Source: Planctomycetota bacterium (GTDB lineage Bacteria > Planctomycetota > Planctomycetia > Pirellulales > UBA1268). From it: a DNA stretch of 64,000 nucleotides. The position numbers and the translations under genes are program-made. The DNA is taken from contig JAGWWA010000002.1 in NCBI GenBank assembly GCA_018970605.1, positions 272 through 64,271 on the forward strand, read 5' to 3'. The notes below the pieces were generated by a model that worked only from the letters and a program-made list of their open reading frames with translations, was not told the DNA's origin and ran no database searches. Positions 38,901 to 51,798 of this stretch are shown in pieces (position 1 is the stretch's first letter; the number at the start of each line of letters is the position of its first letter).

Positions 38901-39289
38901 AGGCGGCTGTCGGCCGCAGTTCGGCACCCGCGGTGATCTGGGGCTGGGGCGGCATCGCCAACAAACTGTCGCGACAGGCGTTCGCCGGCTCCGACGAGAA
39001 GTCGCTGAAGGCCCGTGAGATGTTCTTCAAGGCCCGGCTGCACGTCGCGGAGACTCTGCTGGCCAGGGCGCGGCTGAACGGCCAGGCGCCCGACCGCACC
39101 AAGAGACTCGACACGGCGAAGACCTCGATCGTCATGACGCGAAAGCTCTACCCGGATCTTGGAGGGGAGACCCTCCGGCAGCGATTCGAGCAGGTCCTGA
39201 AGGAAATCCAGAAGGATCAGGGCGCCGCCCATCCGGGCGGATTCACCCAACTCGACGAGGAGGCGGCGGCCGCCGCCGCGACCCCATGA
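35975..39289 (+). CDS. Large secreted alpha-helical/TPR-like protein
   Basis: About 1100 aa, signal peptide, Ala-rich helical repeats. ATGA overlap with the next gene. Confidence 0.75.
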   Translation: MRTAHRALGLLLVALIGMPQASGESVSERSTRALLEGLEDRQMPDVMLWVVERAAADPSISEDFKAELPFRRAEALVGVSRTEGDAAKRGAYLDDAEKSLDAFLANSPTGDLAITAYTQKGTLLIDRGQKKLEQAKRPGQDAAGLSAEATAFFDAAIRSLKGTVTPDQKEIATVTNAEDAIIQSLREVDAEIAALKPTDTPRKKPAARRPADQQKTLDRLEESQKKYQGQLLATRILVGAALFEKSKAAPSGSKEAAAALTESTDLFKGIAEKYAASAPTAATYARYYWGRNLAASGKHAAAADILAPVVAIDDKSPVAVGLRAKAANTSLECWLAMVAAEKDPARARGVLERVDDSLRRFVLTPAEKLPGRSLDAEWLALKYRAAAALAALAERVDAKERQARGLLQRDARKLAIEVAMANKDFAKEARELAGKLGKELPDGEDDKDVAAIVADARVSYAAFQEKQAEAKQLQATGKAAEASAKLAESATDRDAATTLFERAVAVGDADPKADVTAVNTARSMLAFLYYDAKRYADAATVGTLLLERYPNSYGSKQAARVALASLQHLALQPDPAAAAQAKQNLMAVATSMGRTWPAEPEGADAYSVLLNAAIEAHAPATIEELLAACPTASPRRAEFAMRAGTALRREAQDARKREPDARPSDADIERWNAAAHAAIDEGLASLEGATTLPPGPAAKVAVSAALARVQMALEDGDRTTAGRLLEHPVFGPWTAVTSGDPTLSQGHLAEGALTVALRHFIETEQLDKAQKAMDALETAAGLGAEASAKLTAMYLAMGRDLQGQLEALGSGPEAGSPQVRERATRILQGFEKFLDGVATRDAKVSSQVWVATTYLTLGSGRGTGSIVSRSKAEQYLDRAAEAYARLLARKDDPQASEKERAEAAAFEPSIRLKMASIYKDRGRWDDAQQQLDWILADQKRQNSLEIQVQAAELLEAAGRAAGESGDTAKADALLREAAVGRSSAPAVIWGWGGIANKLSRQAFAGSDEKSLKAREMFFKARLHVAETLLARARLNGQAPDRTKRLDTAKTSIVMTRKLYPDLGGETLRQRFEQVLKEIQKDQGAAHPGGFTQLDEEAAAAAATP

Positions 39290-40443
39290 ACGGGCCATAC
39301 CGCTGCCAGACCACGGCCGCCCGTCGCCAGGGCTCGATCCGCGATCGCACCCCCTGGCGCTTTCTCCTCCGGCCGCTGGCCGCAGCCGTCGTGGTGGCTG
39401 GTGGCCAGGTGAGCGGCTGGGCCGTGGAGCAGGCCTTCGACCGGGTGCGACTGATGAATGGCACCGAGCTGCGGGGCGAGATCATCGACGCCTCGCCCAA
39501 CTCGCTCGACCTGCAAACGCACAAGGACGACGGCGACGTCACGACCACGAAGGTGCCGATCGAGACGATCCGGGAAGTCCGCTTCGCCGGCGAGCCCGAC
39601 GGGCTTCAGATCGCCCGTGGGCTTCTGACCCGCAAGGACGCGGCGGCCGCCCTGGAGGAACTCGGGAAGATCACGTCGGACGACCTGGAGACCGCCGACG
39701 CGAGAGTCAGGGCGGAACTCGCGTACGTGCGGTCGGCGGCGACGGCCCGCAAGGCACTCGCCGCCGGCGAGAATCTGGCGGCGGGCGAGAAGGCCGTTTC
39801 CGAGTTTCTCTCGAAGCAGCCCCGGTCGCTTCACTTCTACGCCATGCAGGAGTTGCTCGGCGATCTGCTGGCGACGCAGGGCAAACAGTCGGAGGCCGCG
39901 GCGGCGTACGGAGCGCTCGACACTGGCCCCCCGGCGATCGCCGTCCGGGCGGCGACCCTCAAGGCCGACCTGCTCTTTCTCCAAGGCAAGTACGCGGAAG
40001 CCCAGCAGGAGTACGAGTCGGCCGCGAAGTCCGCTTCCCTTATCGGCAGCCTGAGCGGCGAGCGGTCCGCCTGGCAGGCTGATCTCGGTCGAGCCCGTTG
40101 CCTCACGCGACAGGGCAAGCCCGGCGAGGCCATCACCGTCGTCACGAACCTGCTCACAGCCACCGACCGCGACGGCGCGTCGCTCGCAAAGGCCTACAAC
40201 GTGCTTGGCAATGCGCAACGGGCCGCGTCCGGCGACACACGCGATGCGCTGATCTCGTTCCTGACGGTCGATCTGGTCCACCACGACGAACCGGACGACC
40301 ATGCGGAGGCACTCTTCAATCTCGTCGAACTCTGGGAAAAGGCCAATCATCCCGAGCGAGCGAGGGAGGCCCGTCAGGCTCTTGAAACCACCTACCCCGC
40401 CAGCCCGTGGACGAAAAAACTCACCCCTGCCAAGGCGTCATGA
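39286..40443 (+). CDS. TPR-containing exported protein
   Basis: DRVRLMNGTELRG N-terminal beta domain, then TPRs (AYNVLGNA, AEALFNL, YPASPW). Confidence 0.78.
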   Translation: MNGPYRCQTTAARRQGSIRDRTPWRFLLRPLAAAVVVAGGQVSGWAVEQAFDRVRLMNGTELRGEIIDASPNSLDLQTHKDDGDVTTTKVPIETIREVRFAGEPDGLQIARGLLTRKDAAAALEELGKITSDDLETADARVRAELAYVRSAATARKALAAGENLAAGEKAVSEFLSKQPRSLHFYAMQELLGDLLATQGKQSEAAAAYGALDTGPPAIAVRAATLKADLLFLQGKYAEAQQEYESAAKSASLIGSLSGERSAWQADLGRARCLTRQGKPGEAITVVTNLLTATDRDGASLAKAYNVLGNAQRAASGDTRDALISFLTVDLVHHDEPDDHAEALFNLVELWEKANHPERAREARQALETTYPASPWTKKLTPAKAS

Positions 40444-40541
40444 TCATGCCGCCAACAGCCCTTCCTGCGGCGGCGGGGGCGCGGGTACGCTGATCGTTGG
40501 ATTGGAGTCGATCCAGGCCAGATCTTTTCGAGGAGATGATC

Positions 40542-41381
40542 ATGCTCGTGGGTTCGTGCGAACGTCGGCGGGACGGATTCCTGTCACGGCTGGCCGGGGT
40601 GGTCTCCGGATGCGTGTCCCGCGTGCTCGTCGCCGCCTGCCTCGCGGCGGCGTGGGCTCCCGTGGCAACCTGTCTGTCACCGGCCGTCGCCATGGCTCAG
40701 GACGAGGAGGTCGCCGTCGATGACGCGGTGGACGGCGAACCCGAGGGCAAGAGCTACCTGGCATTCCTGGTCGAGGCGCTGGGCATCAAGTACGTCATCA
40801 TCTTCCTCCTGCTCTCGTTCGCGCTGGTGGCGCTTCTCGTGATGTGCTTCATGCAGTTCCGGAAGTCCGTGCTGCTGCCGCAGGCCCTCAGCGAGCAGTT
40901 CGAACAGCACCTGGAGAACAAGGAGTTTCAGCAGGCCTACGAACTCGCGAAGAACGACGACTCCTACCTCGGAAGGGTGCTCGCCGCCGGCATGGGCAAG
41001 TTGCAGTCCGGCTACCCGGCCGCGGTCGAGGCGATGCAGGCGGCCGAAAGCGAGCAGGCGATGAGCCTGGAGCACAAGATCAGCTACGTCTCGCTGGTGG
41101 GGGCCCTGGCCCCGATGTTCGGGCTGCTCGGGACGGTCGATGGGATGGTGGCCGCCTTCATGCTCATCGCCCAACGCGACACGGCCCCCAAGCCGTCGGA
41201 ACTCGCCGTCGGCATCTCGCAGGCTCTGGTGACGACCCTGATCGGGCTCTGGCTGGCGATTCCCGCCATCGCCTGCTACGGCATGTTCAAGAACTGGCTG
41301 CAGCGGTTCAACATGGACGTGGACGACGAGGCGATGCGGCTGATGGCCCGGTTCCAGAACATGGGCAAGAAGGCCGGCTGA
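40542..41381 (+). CDS. MotA/TolQ/ExbB proton channel protein
   Basis: APMFGLLGTVDGM and GISQALVTTLIGL..AIPA. RBS aggag at 40531. Confidence 0.93.
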   Translation: MLVGSCERRRDGFLSRLAGVVSGCVSRVLVAACLAAAWAPVATCLSPAVAMAQDEEVAVDDAVDGEPEGKSYLAFLVEALGIKYVIIFLLLSFALVALLVMCFMQFRKSVLLPQALSEQFEQHLENKEFQQAYELAKNDDSYLGRVLAAGMGKLQSGYPAAVEAMQAAESEQAMSLEHKISYVSLVGALAPMFGLLGTVDGMVAAFMLIAQRDTAPKPSELAVGISQALVTTLIGLWLAIPAIACYGMFKNWLQRFNMDVDDEAMRLMARFQNMGKKAG

Positions 41382-41417
41382 CGCCGCGCGGTTCGCCGCA
41401 CCAAGGGCCTTCTCCGC

Positions 41418-41861
41418 ATGGCACGCAAACAGAGCGATGGACCGTCGAAAACCGACATCGACATGACGCCGATGATCGACATGACGTTCCAGCTGATCAC
41501 GTTCTTCGTGTTCACGCTCAACTTTTCGACCGCCGTGCAGGACGATCGGGTGCAGCTGCCGATGAGCCAGCTCGCCAAGCCGGCCGAAGGGCCTTCGGTC
41601 GATCCGATCACGCTGCAGCTGATGAGCGACGGGCGTGTGATCTATGCGGGGGAACCGGTGTCGCTCCAGGAAATTGGCGGCTACCTCGAGAATGAGAAGC
41701 GGGTGATGATCGCCTCGAACAAGGAGCCGAGGTCGGCCACCGTGATCGTCCGGGCCGACGGCCGCTCCAAGACGGGCGACGTGCAGGAGCTGATCAAGGC
41801 CTGCCAGGAGAAGGGGTTCGAGAGGTTTGTGCTGCGGGCACAGTACGACGAGAGCAAATGA
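41418..41861 (+). CDS. ExbD/TolR family protein
   Basis: DMTPMIDMTFQLITFF and IVRAD. Confidence 0.92.
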   Translation: MARKQSDGPSKTDIDMTPMIDMTFQLITFFVFTLNFSTAVQDDRVQLPMSQLAKPAEGPSVDPITLQLMSDGRVIYAGEPVSLQEIGGYLENEKRVMIASNKEPRSATVIVRADGRSKTGDVQELIKACQEKGFERFVLRAQYDESK

Positions 41862-41873
41862 TCGGAGCCTGAC

Positions 41874-42350
41874 GTGGTCGCAAAGCGGGAAGCCCTCTCC
41901 GACAGGATCTCCATCGACATGACGCCGATGATCGACGTCGTGTTCCAGCTGATCACGTTCTTCATGCTCACGCTGAGGACCGTGATCACCGAGGGCGACT
42001 TCGACATCCGCATGCCGCTCGGCGCCAGCGTTGGAGCCGCCTCGGAGGATCAACTCCCGCCGGTCCGCGTGAGGATGACCGCCGGCCCCGGAGGCGAACG
42101 CACCAGCCTGACGATGAACGGCCAGCCGATCGGCGACTTCGATGAGTTGCGGCGGCGGATTGTCGACCTCGTCGGCGCCGGCCCCGGCTCGAGCGCCGAC
42201 AAAACCGAGGTGGAACTCGATTGCGACCCCGACCTCAGCTACGACAACGTGATCCGGGCGGTGACCGCCGTCTCGGGGCAGGTCCAGCCCGACGGCACGG
42301 TGGTGGAACTGATCAAGAAGATCAAGTTCGCGCCGCCGAAAAAGAAGTAG
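41874..42350 (+). CDS. ExbD/TolR family protein (second copy)
   Basis: DMTPMIDVVFQLITFF. Confidence 0.9.
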   Translation: MVAKREALSDRISIDMTPMIDVVFQLITFFMLTLRTVITEGDFDIRMPLGASVGAASEDQLPPVRVRMTAGPGGERTSLTMNGQPIGDFDELRRRIVDLVGAGPGSSADKTEVELDCDPDLSYDNVIRAVTAVSGQVQPDGTVVELIKKIKFAPPKKK

Positions 42351-42510
42351 CAGGCTCATCCACGTGTTGTGTGGACAGCCGGTAACTTGCGGGCTGGAAA
42401 AGTTCATAACCCGATCGTGCCTGCCCTCGACCGGGCTATTGAAGCAATCGCAGCCACGACCAATCCGCCTGCGGCGGATCGGTGCCCGGCGAAGTGCAGG
42501 CAGCATCGTG

Positions 42511-42671
42511 TGAGCGAAACCCAGGATGGCCGCAGCGAACGTCCGGCGACAAGGCACGGGCGGACTCTCGCTCGCCCTCAGTAGCACAGGTTGTCAACCT
42601 GTGCCGAGATCACGGCTGAAGCGCTCCACGCCGCGATGCGCCACATGTGCAGGTTGACAACCTGCACCTAC
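42511..42671. repeat. Partial module C (42511-42578) and GTAG-tagged REP doublet D (42581-42671)
   Basis: GTAGcacaggttgtcaacctgtgc ... gtgcaggttgacaacctgcacCTAC. Confidence 0.85.
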
Positions 42672-43630
42672 TTCCGCGGGTGGAACTTCTCGTGCACCGC
42701 CCGGAGGCGGCCGGCATCGACGTGCGTGTACCGCTGCGTCGTGGCGATGCTGGCGTGCCCGAGCATCTCCTGAACGTGCCGGAGGTCGACGCCTCCCGCC
42801 ACGAGATGCGTGGCGAAACTGTGCCGCAGCGTGTGGGGGCCGATGTCACTCGGCACGCCGGCGTTGTCGGCATGCAGTCGCACGATCTCCCAGATTCGCA
42901 TCCGCGACAGTCGGTTGCCACGAGTGGAAAGCACCGCCCAGGAGGGCATTCCAGTGGCTCGCGCGGCAAACGCCTGCCGGGGGCCGTCGAGCCAGGCCCG
43001 GACGGCGGCGATCGCCCGCCGGCCGAGCGGCACCACCCGCTCTTTGTTTCCCTTGCCGCGGCACGTGCAGAAGCTCTCCGCGAGATGCACGTCGCCGAGG
43101 CGAAGCGTGGAGACCTCGGAGGCACGGCAGCCCGTGGCGTAGAGCAACTCCAGCAGCGCCCGGTCGCGGCAGGCCCGGGGCGACCCGCCCTCGGGGCTCT
43201 CCAGCAACCGATCCACCTGGGCCGGCGAGAGCGTGCCCGGGATCACGTCGTCCCGCTTCGCGGCGGTGATCAGCTCCGCGGGACTCTCGGTGATGACGCC
43301 CTCGAGTTGCAGGAATGCGTAGAAGGTCTTGAGCGTCGCCGCCTGCCGGGCGATGCTCGCCCGCGCCAGGCCCTTCTTCGCGAGGGCCGCGAAGTAGTCG
43401 CCCAGGTCGCGCACGGTGAGGGTCGCCGGGGGCCGGCCGGCCAGCCACGCGGTGAAGTCACGGAGGTCGCGGCGGTAGGCAGACTGCGTGTTGGCGGCGA
43501 GCGCCCGCTCGTGACGGACGTAGTCGAGAAACCGCTCGACGAGGATCGAGGCCGCCGCCCCCGTCTCCGCCGCGACCACCTGGTCGAGCACGATCTTCCG
43601 CGTCCGCCGTGGCTTTTGTGAGTCACTCAT
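42668..43630 (-). CDS. xerD: Site-specific tyrosine recombinase XerD (XerC/D family)
   Basis: NTQSAYRRDL, RDRALLELLYATGCR, GKGNKER, PHTLRHSFATHL and LGHASIATTQRY. XerD versus XerC is not certain. Confidence 0.85.
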   Translation of the reverse strand: MSDSQKPRRTRKIVLDQVVAAETGAAASILVERFLDYVRHERALAANTQSAYRRDLRDFTAWLAGRPPATLTVRDLGDYFAALAKKGLARASIARQAATLKTFYAFLQLEGVITESPAELITAAKRDDVIPGTLSPAQVDRLLESPEGGSPRACRDRALLELLYATGCRASEVSTLRLGDVHLAESFCTCRGKGNKERVVPLGRRAIAAVRAWLDGPRQAFAARATGMPSWAVLSTRGNRLSRMRIWEIVRLHADNAGVPSDIGPHTLRHSFATHLVAGGVDLRHVQEMLGHASIATTQRYTHVDAGRLRAVHEKFHPRK

Positions 43631-43682
43631 GTACGCCGGCGGCAACCTCCACGCCCACCCCAGGGCTCACGGCCTCCTGATC

Positions 43683-43812
43683 CGTCCAAGCCCAACGCCG
43701 TGAGGCGTGGGGCGAACCGCCACCGGACGCGGCGTTCAGCGTGGTATGCCCGCGGCCTTCCGGCTGGTCGGCTTCCACACGCACCATCCAAGCCCAACGC
43801 CGCGAGGCCGTG
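43683..43812 (+). repeat. Module B repeat (full copy plus a second hairpin)
   Basis: ccaagcccaacgcc-gtga-ggcgtggggcgaaccgccacc..., with a second ccaagcccaacgccgcgaggc at about 43788. Matches 55830-55896 (-) and 60229-60300 (+). Confidence 0.8.
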
Positions 43813-43847
43813 TCCGGCGCGGATGCGGGCTTGGCGCCGCAGCCCGC

Positions 43848-47546
<3,699 letters not shown>

Positions 47547-47765
47547 CGACGATCCGGGTCTGGAAAGAGGGTAGAACGGCGGAAACTCTGCCGATTGACG
47601 GCATCGCCGCATCATAGGCGACCCGGGGAACAGGGCATACTGCACCGCCTGGAGGACGCGATTGGCTCGCCCCGATGGTGCTGGCTGGGCAGGGGCCATC
47701 CCGCTCGCCACCGGCGGTTCAAGGCGTGAGTCCGCCCACGACGATGCTGCGGCGAGAGGACGTCC

Positions 47766-48089
47766 ATGAAGGTGCTTGCCCGCATTCCCGCGCTCGACGC
47801 CGCGGCGATCACGATCGCCGGCGACACCGAGGCGCCCGCCGGCGAGCGCGGAGATTCGCCCGGAGCCGCTCCAGGGCCGCAGCTGGCCACGGTGGAGTTG
47901 CGGCCGCGGGTCCGCACGCGGCGCCCACGAAGCCGGTTTCCCTCGGTCTCGGTCGCCGCCCTGGCCCTCCTGGCCGCCGTGGCCTGGTCGCTCGCGTCGT
48001 GGAACGACGCCCACCGCGCAGAGCGGAGCCGCGTGGAGCGGCTCGCGCGGATGCAGCCTGTCGCGGCGCCGGAGACGATCTCCCGATGA
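47766..48089 (+). CDS. Small single-TM hypothetical protein
   Basis: RBS gagga, one hydrophobic helix, ATGA overlap with the next gene. Confidence 0.6.
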   Translation: MKVLARIPALDAAAITIAGDTEAPAGERGDSPGAAPGPQLATVELRPRVRTRRPRSRFPSVSVAALALLAAVAWSLASWNDAHRAERSRVERLARMQPVAAPETISR

Positions 48090-48697
48090 CGCTGGACTTT
48101 CTCGACGCCGCCTTCGTCGATCGTTGGCAGACGTCGCTGGCTCCCGCCGTCGGCGCCCCGCCCGACATTGCGCGGGCCGAGTCACCGGTCGTCATCCCGA
48201 CAACCCCGCCGGAAATCGCGACGGCCGACCCGCCGGCAGCCGCCGATTTCGTGGGGCGACTGATGGCTGCGGCTCGAGCGGAATGGGAAGCCCTCGCCGA
48301 CGAGGCGATCGCCGCCCGCGGCCGGGGCCGCCGCGCGATCGCGATCGTGGCGTGCGAGCGTGCCGCCGGCTGCTCGACGCTCTGCACCGGTCTCGTCCGC
48401 GCGCTCCGCGATCGAGGCCGGGATGCGGTCGGGGTCGCGGCGGTCGCCATCCCGTCCGCGGACACGCCGCACGACAAACGGATCGTGATCGTCGATGGGG
48501 GCGTCTGGTTTCCACCGGGACGGATCAATCGGCAGCGGCTGCTCGTGGTGTCGAGCGGATGCGATGCGGCGATTCTCGTCGTCCGCTCCGGATCCCGTCC
48601 GCCCGCCTGCTGGTCCACCTGCCTGGAGGCGATCGGCGTGGAACCGCTCGGCGAGGTCGTCTCGTTCGTTCCCACCTCCACCGGACCCCTGCCATGA
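48086..48697 (+). CDS. Hypothetical protein with a degenerate ParA/CpsD-like P-loop
   Basis: [23 protein letters not shown] and [13 protein letters not shown] overlaps at both ends. Confidence 0.6.
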   Translation: MTLDFLDAAFVDRWQTSLAPAVGAPPDIARAESPVVIPTTPPEIATADPPAAADFVGRLMAAARAEWEALADEAIAARGRGRRAIAIVACERAAGCSTLCTGLVRALRDRGRDAVGVAAVAIPSADTPHDKRIVIVDGGVWFPPGRINRQRLLVVSSGCDAAILVVRSGSRPPACWSTCLEAIGVEPLGEVVSFVPTSTGPLP

Positions 48698-49359
48698 CGC
48701 CCGCCCTCCGACCGACATCGTCCGTCACACCGTCGCAGCAGGCTGCAGCCGCCAAGATCGCCGCGGCGATCGACCGGCCCGGAGGCGTGGCGCTCCTCTG
48801 CGGACCGCAGGGCGTGGGCAAGACCACCGTGCTGGCGGCGGTGGCCGCGGGCGAGCAGCGCCGCGGCCGCACCGTGGAATGCCGCGACCTCCTCGACTGG
48901 CTCCGGTCAGCCGCGCCGTGGCCGGGTGACCTGCCCGACGTCGTCGTCGCTGACGCCGCCCATCGGGCCGCCGATGGCGACCTCGCGAGGATGCTGGCTG
49001 CCTGCCGGCACCGCGCCTCGCCGGCCTGTCTCGTCCTCGCCGGCGAGGGACGTCTGCTCACCCTCGTCTCCCGCGACACGGCCGTCGAGCGGGCCATCCA
49101 TCTGCGGGCGAGCCTGCGGCCTCTCTCGCCTGACGAGTCGAGCCTGATCGTCGTGCCCATGCTCACGGCTGCGGGCATCAACGCCACCACCGCCGAGGGA
49201 CTCGTGGACGTGATCCATGAGATCGGCGGAGGCATCCCGGCCGCGATGCTCAGGCTCGCCGACCTGGCCACTGTCGTGGCCACCTCGCGTCCTGACCGAT
49301 CGCTCGACCACCGCGACATCGAAGCGATCCACCGCCGGCTCTCGCCGCTCGCAGCATGA
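48694..49359 (+). CDS. ExeA/GspA-like AAA ATPase (degenerate)
   Basis: Walker A GPQGVGKT, Walker B-like VVVADAAH, LVLAG, LRPLSPDE and GGIP. Confidence 0.7.
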   Translation: MTPALRPTSSVTPSQQAAAAKIAAAIDRPGGVALLCGPQGVGKTTVLAAVAAGEQRRGRTVECRDLLDWLRSAAPWPGDLPDVVVADAAHRAADGDLARMLAACRHRASPACLVLAGEGRLLTLVSRDTAVERAIHLRASLRPLSPDESSLIVVPMLTAAGINATTAEGLVDVIHEIGGGIPAAMLRLADLATVVATSRPDRSLDHRDIEAIHRRLSPLAA

Positions 49360-49483
49360 CGCCCCTCATGCGCGTCGCAGTTGATCGTGAGGCGTTCACG
49401 AGGCTCAGGGCTATCCGTGCCCGTCGCGGCCCCTCGCTGCGGGCTCCGGCCCTCCGATACGCGAGGATCAAGTGCAACATCCC

Positions 49484-50683
49484 TCAGTGCTCGGCGCAGG
49501 CCTCAGCGCGGGCGCGGGCCAGCAGGGCGGAGACGGAGTCTTTGGTCGGCGGCCGGGCAGACCGGTCTGGCGCGAACGCGTCCACCTCGATCGTAGGCCG
49601 ACGGCCTTCCACGAGATCGGCGATCAGCACGGCCGTGCCCGTCGACTGGTGGAGCCCGGCCCGGAAGTGGCCGGCCGCGACGAACGCGTTGCCGCAGGCC
49701 GGGGCGCGGCCGATCGTGGGCAGGCCATCGGCCGTGCCGGGCCGCAGCCCGGCCCACGATCGCTCCGGTGCCGAGCCGCCGAGATCGCCGAGCAGGTCTC
49801 GGGCGAACGCCACGAGCCGGGCGATCGTCGCCTCGTCGGTCGAGGCGTCGAACCCGGCGTCCTCGAGCGTGGATCCGGCCAGCAGGGTGCCATCCTCGCG
49901 GGGCACGAGATAGTCGAGCCCGCGATTGACCACCCGCACGAGCCGCGGCTCCGTCATCCGAAGCTGCACGATCTGGCCGCGAATCGGCCGCGTCTCGATC
50001 GACACGCCGAGCGACTCTGCCAGCGCCCCCGACCACGCCCCGGCCGCGAGGACGTACGCCCCGGCGCGCATCGTCTCGGACCTTCCCGCCACGTCGGCCA
50101 CCACCCGCTCCACGCGGCCCTCGCGGACCAGGATCTCGCGCACGGTCACGCCGTGGCTGATGGTCACCCCGCGCCGTTCGCACGACCGCTCGAGCGCGTC
50201 GAGATGCCGCGGCGGCCGGATCTGCGTCTCGTCGGCCAGCCCGTAGCCGCCCAGCACGGCCGACTGCCGGACGCCCGGGGCGAGCGCCGGCTCACAGGCC
50301 GTCACGTCCGCGGCATCGAGCCAGTCGCACGCCACGCCCCGCGCCCGCCATGCTGCCGCGTCAGCCTGAAGCCGAGATCGGCCCGCATCATCCCGGTAGA
50401 CGTGCAGACCGCCGCAGACCCGAAGACCCGTATCGATGCCGGTCTCCTCGAGAAGCTCCCGCGCCCAGTCGCGATGGAGCCGATCGCTCCAGGCGGTGAG
50501 CCGCTCGATGGGCGTTGCATCGGCACGCTCCGGCGCCGGCGGAAAGATGCCGGCCGCGGCCCAGGAGGCGGTGTCGCGCCACGGTTCGCGGACGAGCACC
50601 CGGACCGCATGTCCGCGGCCCGCGAGTTCGCGGGCGATCGACAGGCCGACAATGCCGCCACCGATGATGCAACAGTCGGTCAT
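49484..50683 (-). CDS. thiO: Glycine oxidase ThiO / FAD-dependent D-amino acid oxidase family
   Basis: GGGIVG, ASWAAAG, RPIRGQI, WAGLRP and GHFRAG. Confidence 0.82.
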   Translation of the reverse strand: MTDCCIIGGGIVGLSIARELAGRGHAVRVLVREPWRDTASWAAAGIFPPAPERADATPIERLTAWSDRLHRDWARELLEETGIDTGLRVCGGLHVYRDDAGRSRLQADAAAWRARGVACDWLDAADVTACEPALAPGVRQSAVLGGYGLADETQIRPPRHLDALERSCERRGVTISHGVTVREILVREGRVERVVADVAGRSETMRAGAYVLAAGAWSGALAESLGVSIETRPIRGQIVQLRMTEPRLVRVVNRGLDYLVPREDGTLLAGSTLEDAGFDASTDEATIARLVAFARDLLGDLGGSAPERSWAGLRPGTADGLPTIGRAPACGNAFVAAGHFRAGLHQSTGTAVLIADLVEGRRPTIEVDAFAPDRSARPPTKDSVSALLARARAEACAEH

Positions 50684-50699
50684 GCTGGGAGGTGGGGTG

Positions 50700-51686
50700 T
50701 CAGGCGTTGGTGGGAACGGCGGGGCTGTCGGCGATGTTCACCCACACGTGGACGTGGGGCGAACCGCGGAAGTGCCAGACGAAGGCGGGACCCTCCAGCC
50801 GCCAGTTGTCCCACACGCCGTCGTTGCCAATGTCGTCGTCGCGGTAGAAGGCGAGGCGGCAGCGGTCGAGGCCGCCCTGGGCGGTGAGGCAGCCGCGCAC
50901 CTCGTCGCGATCGACGGTGCGGTAGGGCTCGAGCAACACGCCGAGCACGCGTTCGAGCTCCGCCCGCTGGTCGGGCGAAAGTTCCGATACGGGCATGCCG
51001 AGTGGCTCCTGGCCGCTGCGGCGGAAGGCGATCGCGTTTTCAGGCGGCGTCTTCGCCACCATCGCCAGATCCCGCTGGCGTCCGTCGAGCATCGCGAACA
51101 CCCCGTTCGCGGCGACGGCTTGCGGCCAGAAGACGTTGCCCTCGTGATCCTTCGCCTCCGTGCCGCCGCCGGTGTCGTGGCCGTAGAAGATCGGGCCGCC
51201 GAAGGCGACGTGCTCGGCAGAATCACCATCGCAGCGGAGAGTCATGTGTCGGCCGGTGAGCAGGAACTGAAACGTCCCGCTGCCAGGTTCGCCGATGAGC
51301 GCGACCGACTGGCCGTGCCCGAAGCCACCGGTGTCGTCCTCGAGCTGGCGGTCGAAGCGGGCATGCCAGTCGGGGTGGATCAGCCGCTCGAAGATCTCGC
51401 GAACGAGCTGCTGCTGCTCCTTCGAGAAGAAGTCTCCCTTCACCGCGGGTGTGGTGGCGTTCCAGTTGTTGCCCACCCTCGTCCGCAGGAGCCCGAATCT
51501 CGGATGGACGTAGTCCCAGGGAACACAGATCTTCGATCGCTGGTCGGGCGAGAGCGAAGCATGCAGCCGGCCGGCGACCGTCTCGGCCGAATCCGTGGTC
51601 GTGTGTTCCGCTGCCGAAACGAACGGATTGCGAAGAAGCGCAGCGGCAGCCGAGGTTCGCAGCAGGTCTCGTCGCGACAGTCGCAT
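50700..51686 (-). CDS. Tat-exported DUF3500 family protein
   Basis: SRRDLL Tat motif, LLTGRHMT, FGGPIFYG and WRLEGPAFVWHFRGSPHVH. Confidence 0.75.
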   Translation of the reverse strand: MRLSRRDLLRTSAAAALLRNPFVSAAEHTTTDSAETVAGRLHASLSPDQRSKICVPWDYVHPRFGLLRTRVGNNWNATTPAVKGDFFSKEQQQLVREIFERLIHPDWHARFDRQLEDDTGGFGHGQSVALIGEPGSGTFQFLLTGRHMTLRCDGDSAEHVAFGGPIFYGHDTGGGTEAKDHEGNVFWPQAVAANGVFAMLDGRQRDLAMVAKTPPENAIAFRRSGQEPLGMPVSELSPDQRAELERVLGVLLEPYRTVDRDEVRGCLTAQGGLDRCRLAFYRDDDIGNDGVWDNWRLEGPAFVWHFRGSPHVHVWVNIADSPAVPTNA

Positions 51687-51798
51687 CGTCGAGTTCGCCC
51701 CATGGGCCGACACGATTCCAGGCGATTCAGCCTACGACACCCGCACGATGCGTGCCACACGGCTGCGAGCCGCGGGATGATCCTTCGAACGACCGTCA

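Noticed and set aside
42355-42410. DnaA-box-like sequences (tcatccacg, tgtggacag) or a dif site near xerD
   Set aside because: There are only two imperfect boxes, no AT-rich unwinding element and no XerD arm (TTATGTTAAAT-like). Repeat polarity does not switch here.
42668-43630. Integrase of a genomic island or prophage
   Set aside because: The motifs match housekeeping XerC/D. There are no att repeats, tRNA, cargo genes or visible composition shift.
47547-47765. SAM or cobalamin riboswitch upstream of metH
   Set aside because: I could not recognise any consensus elements on the minus strand. An Rfam scan would be needed to exclude one.
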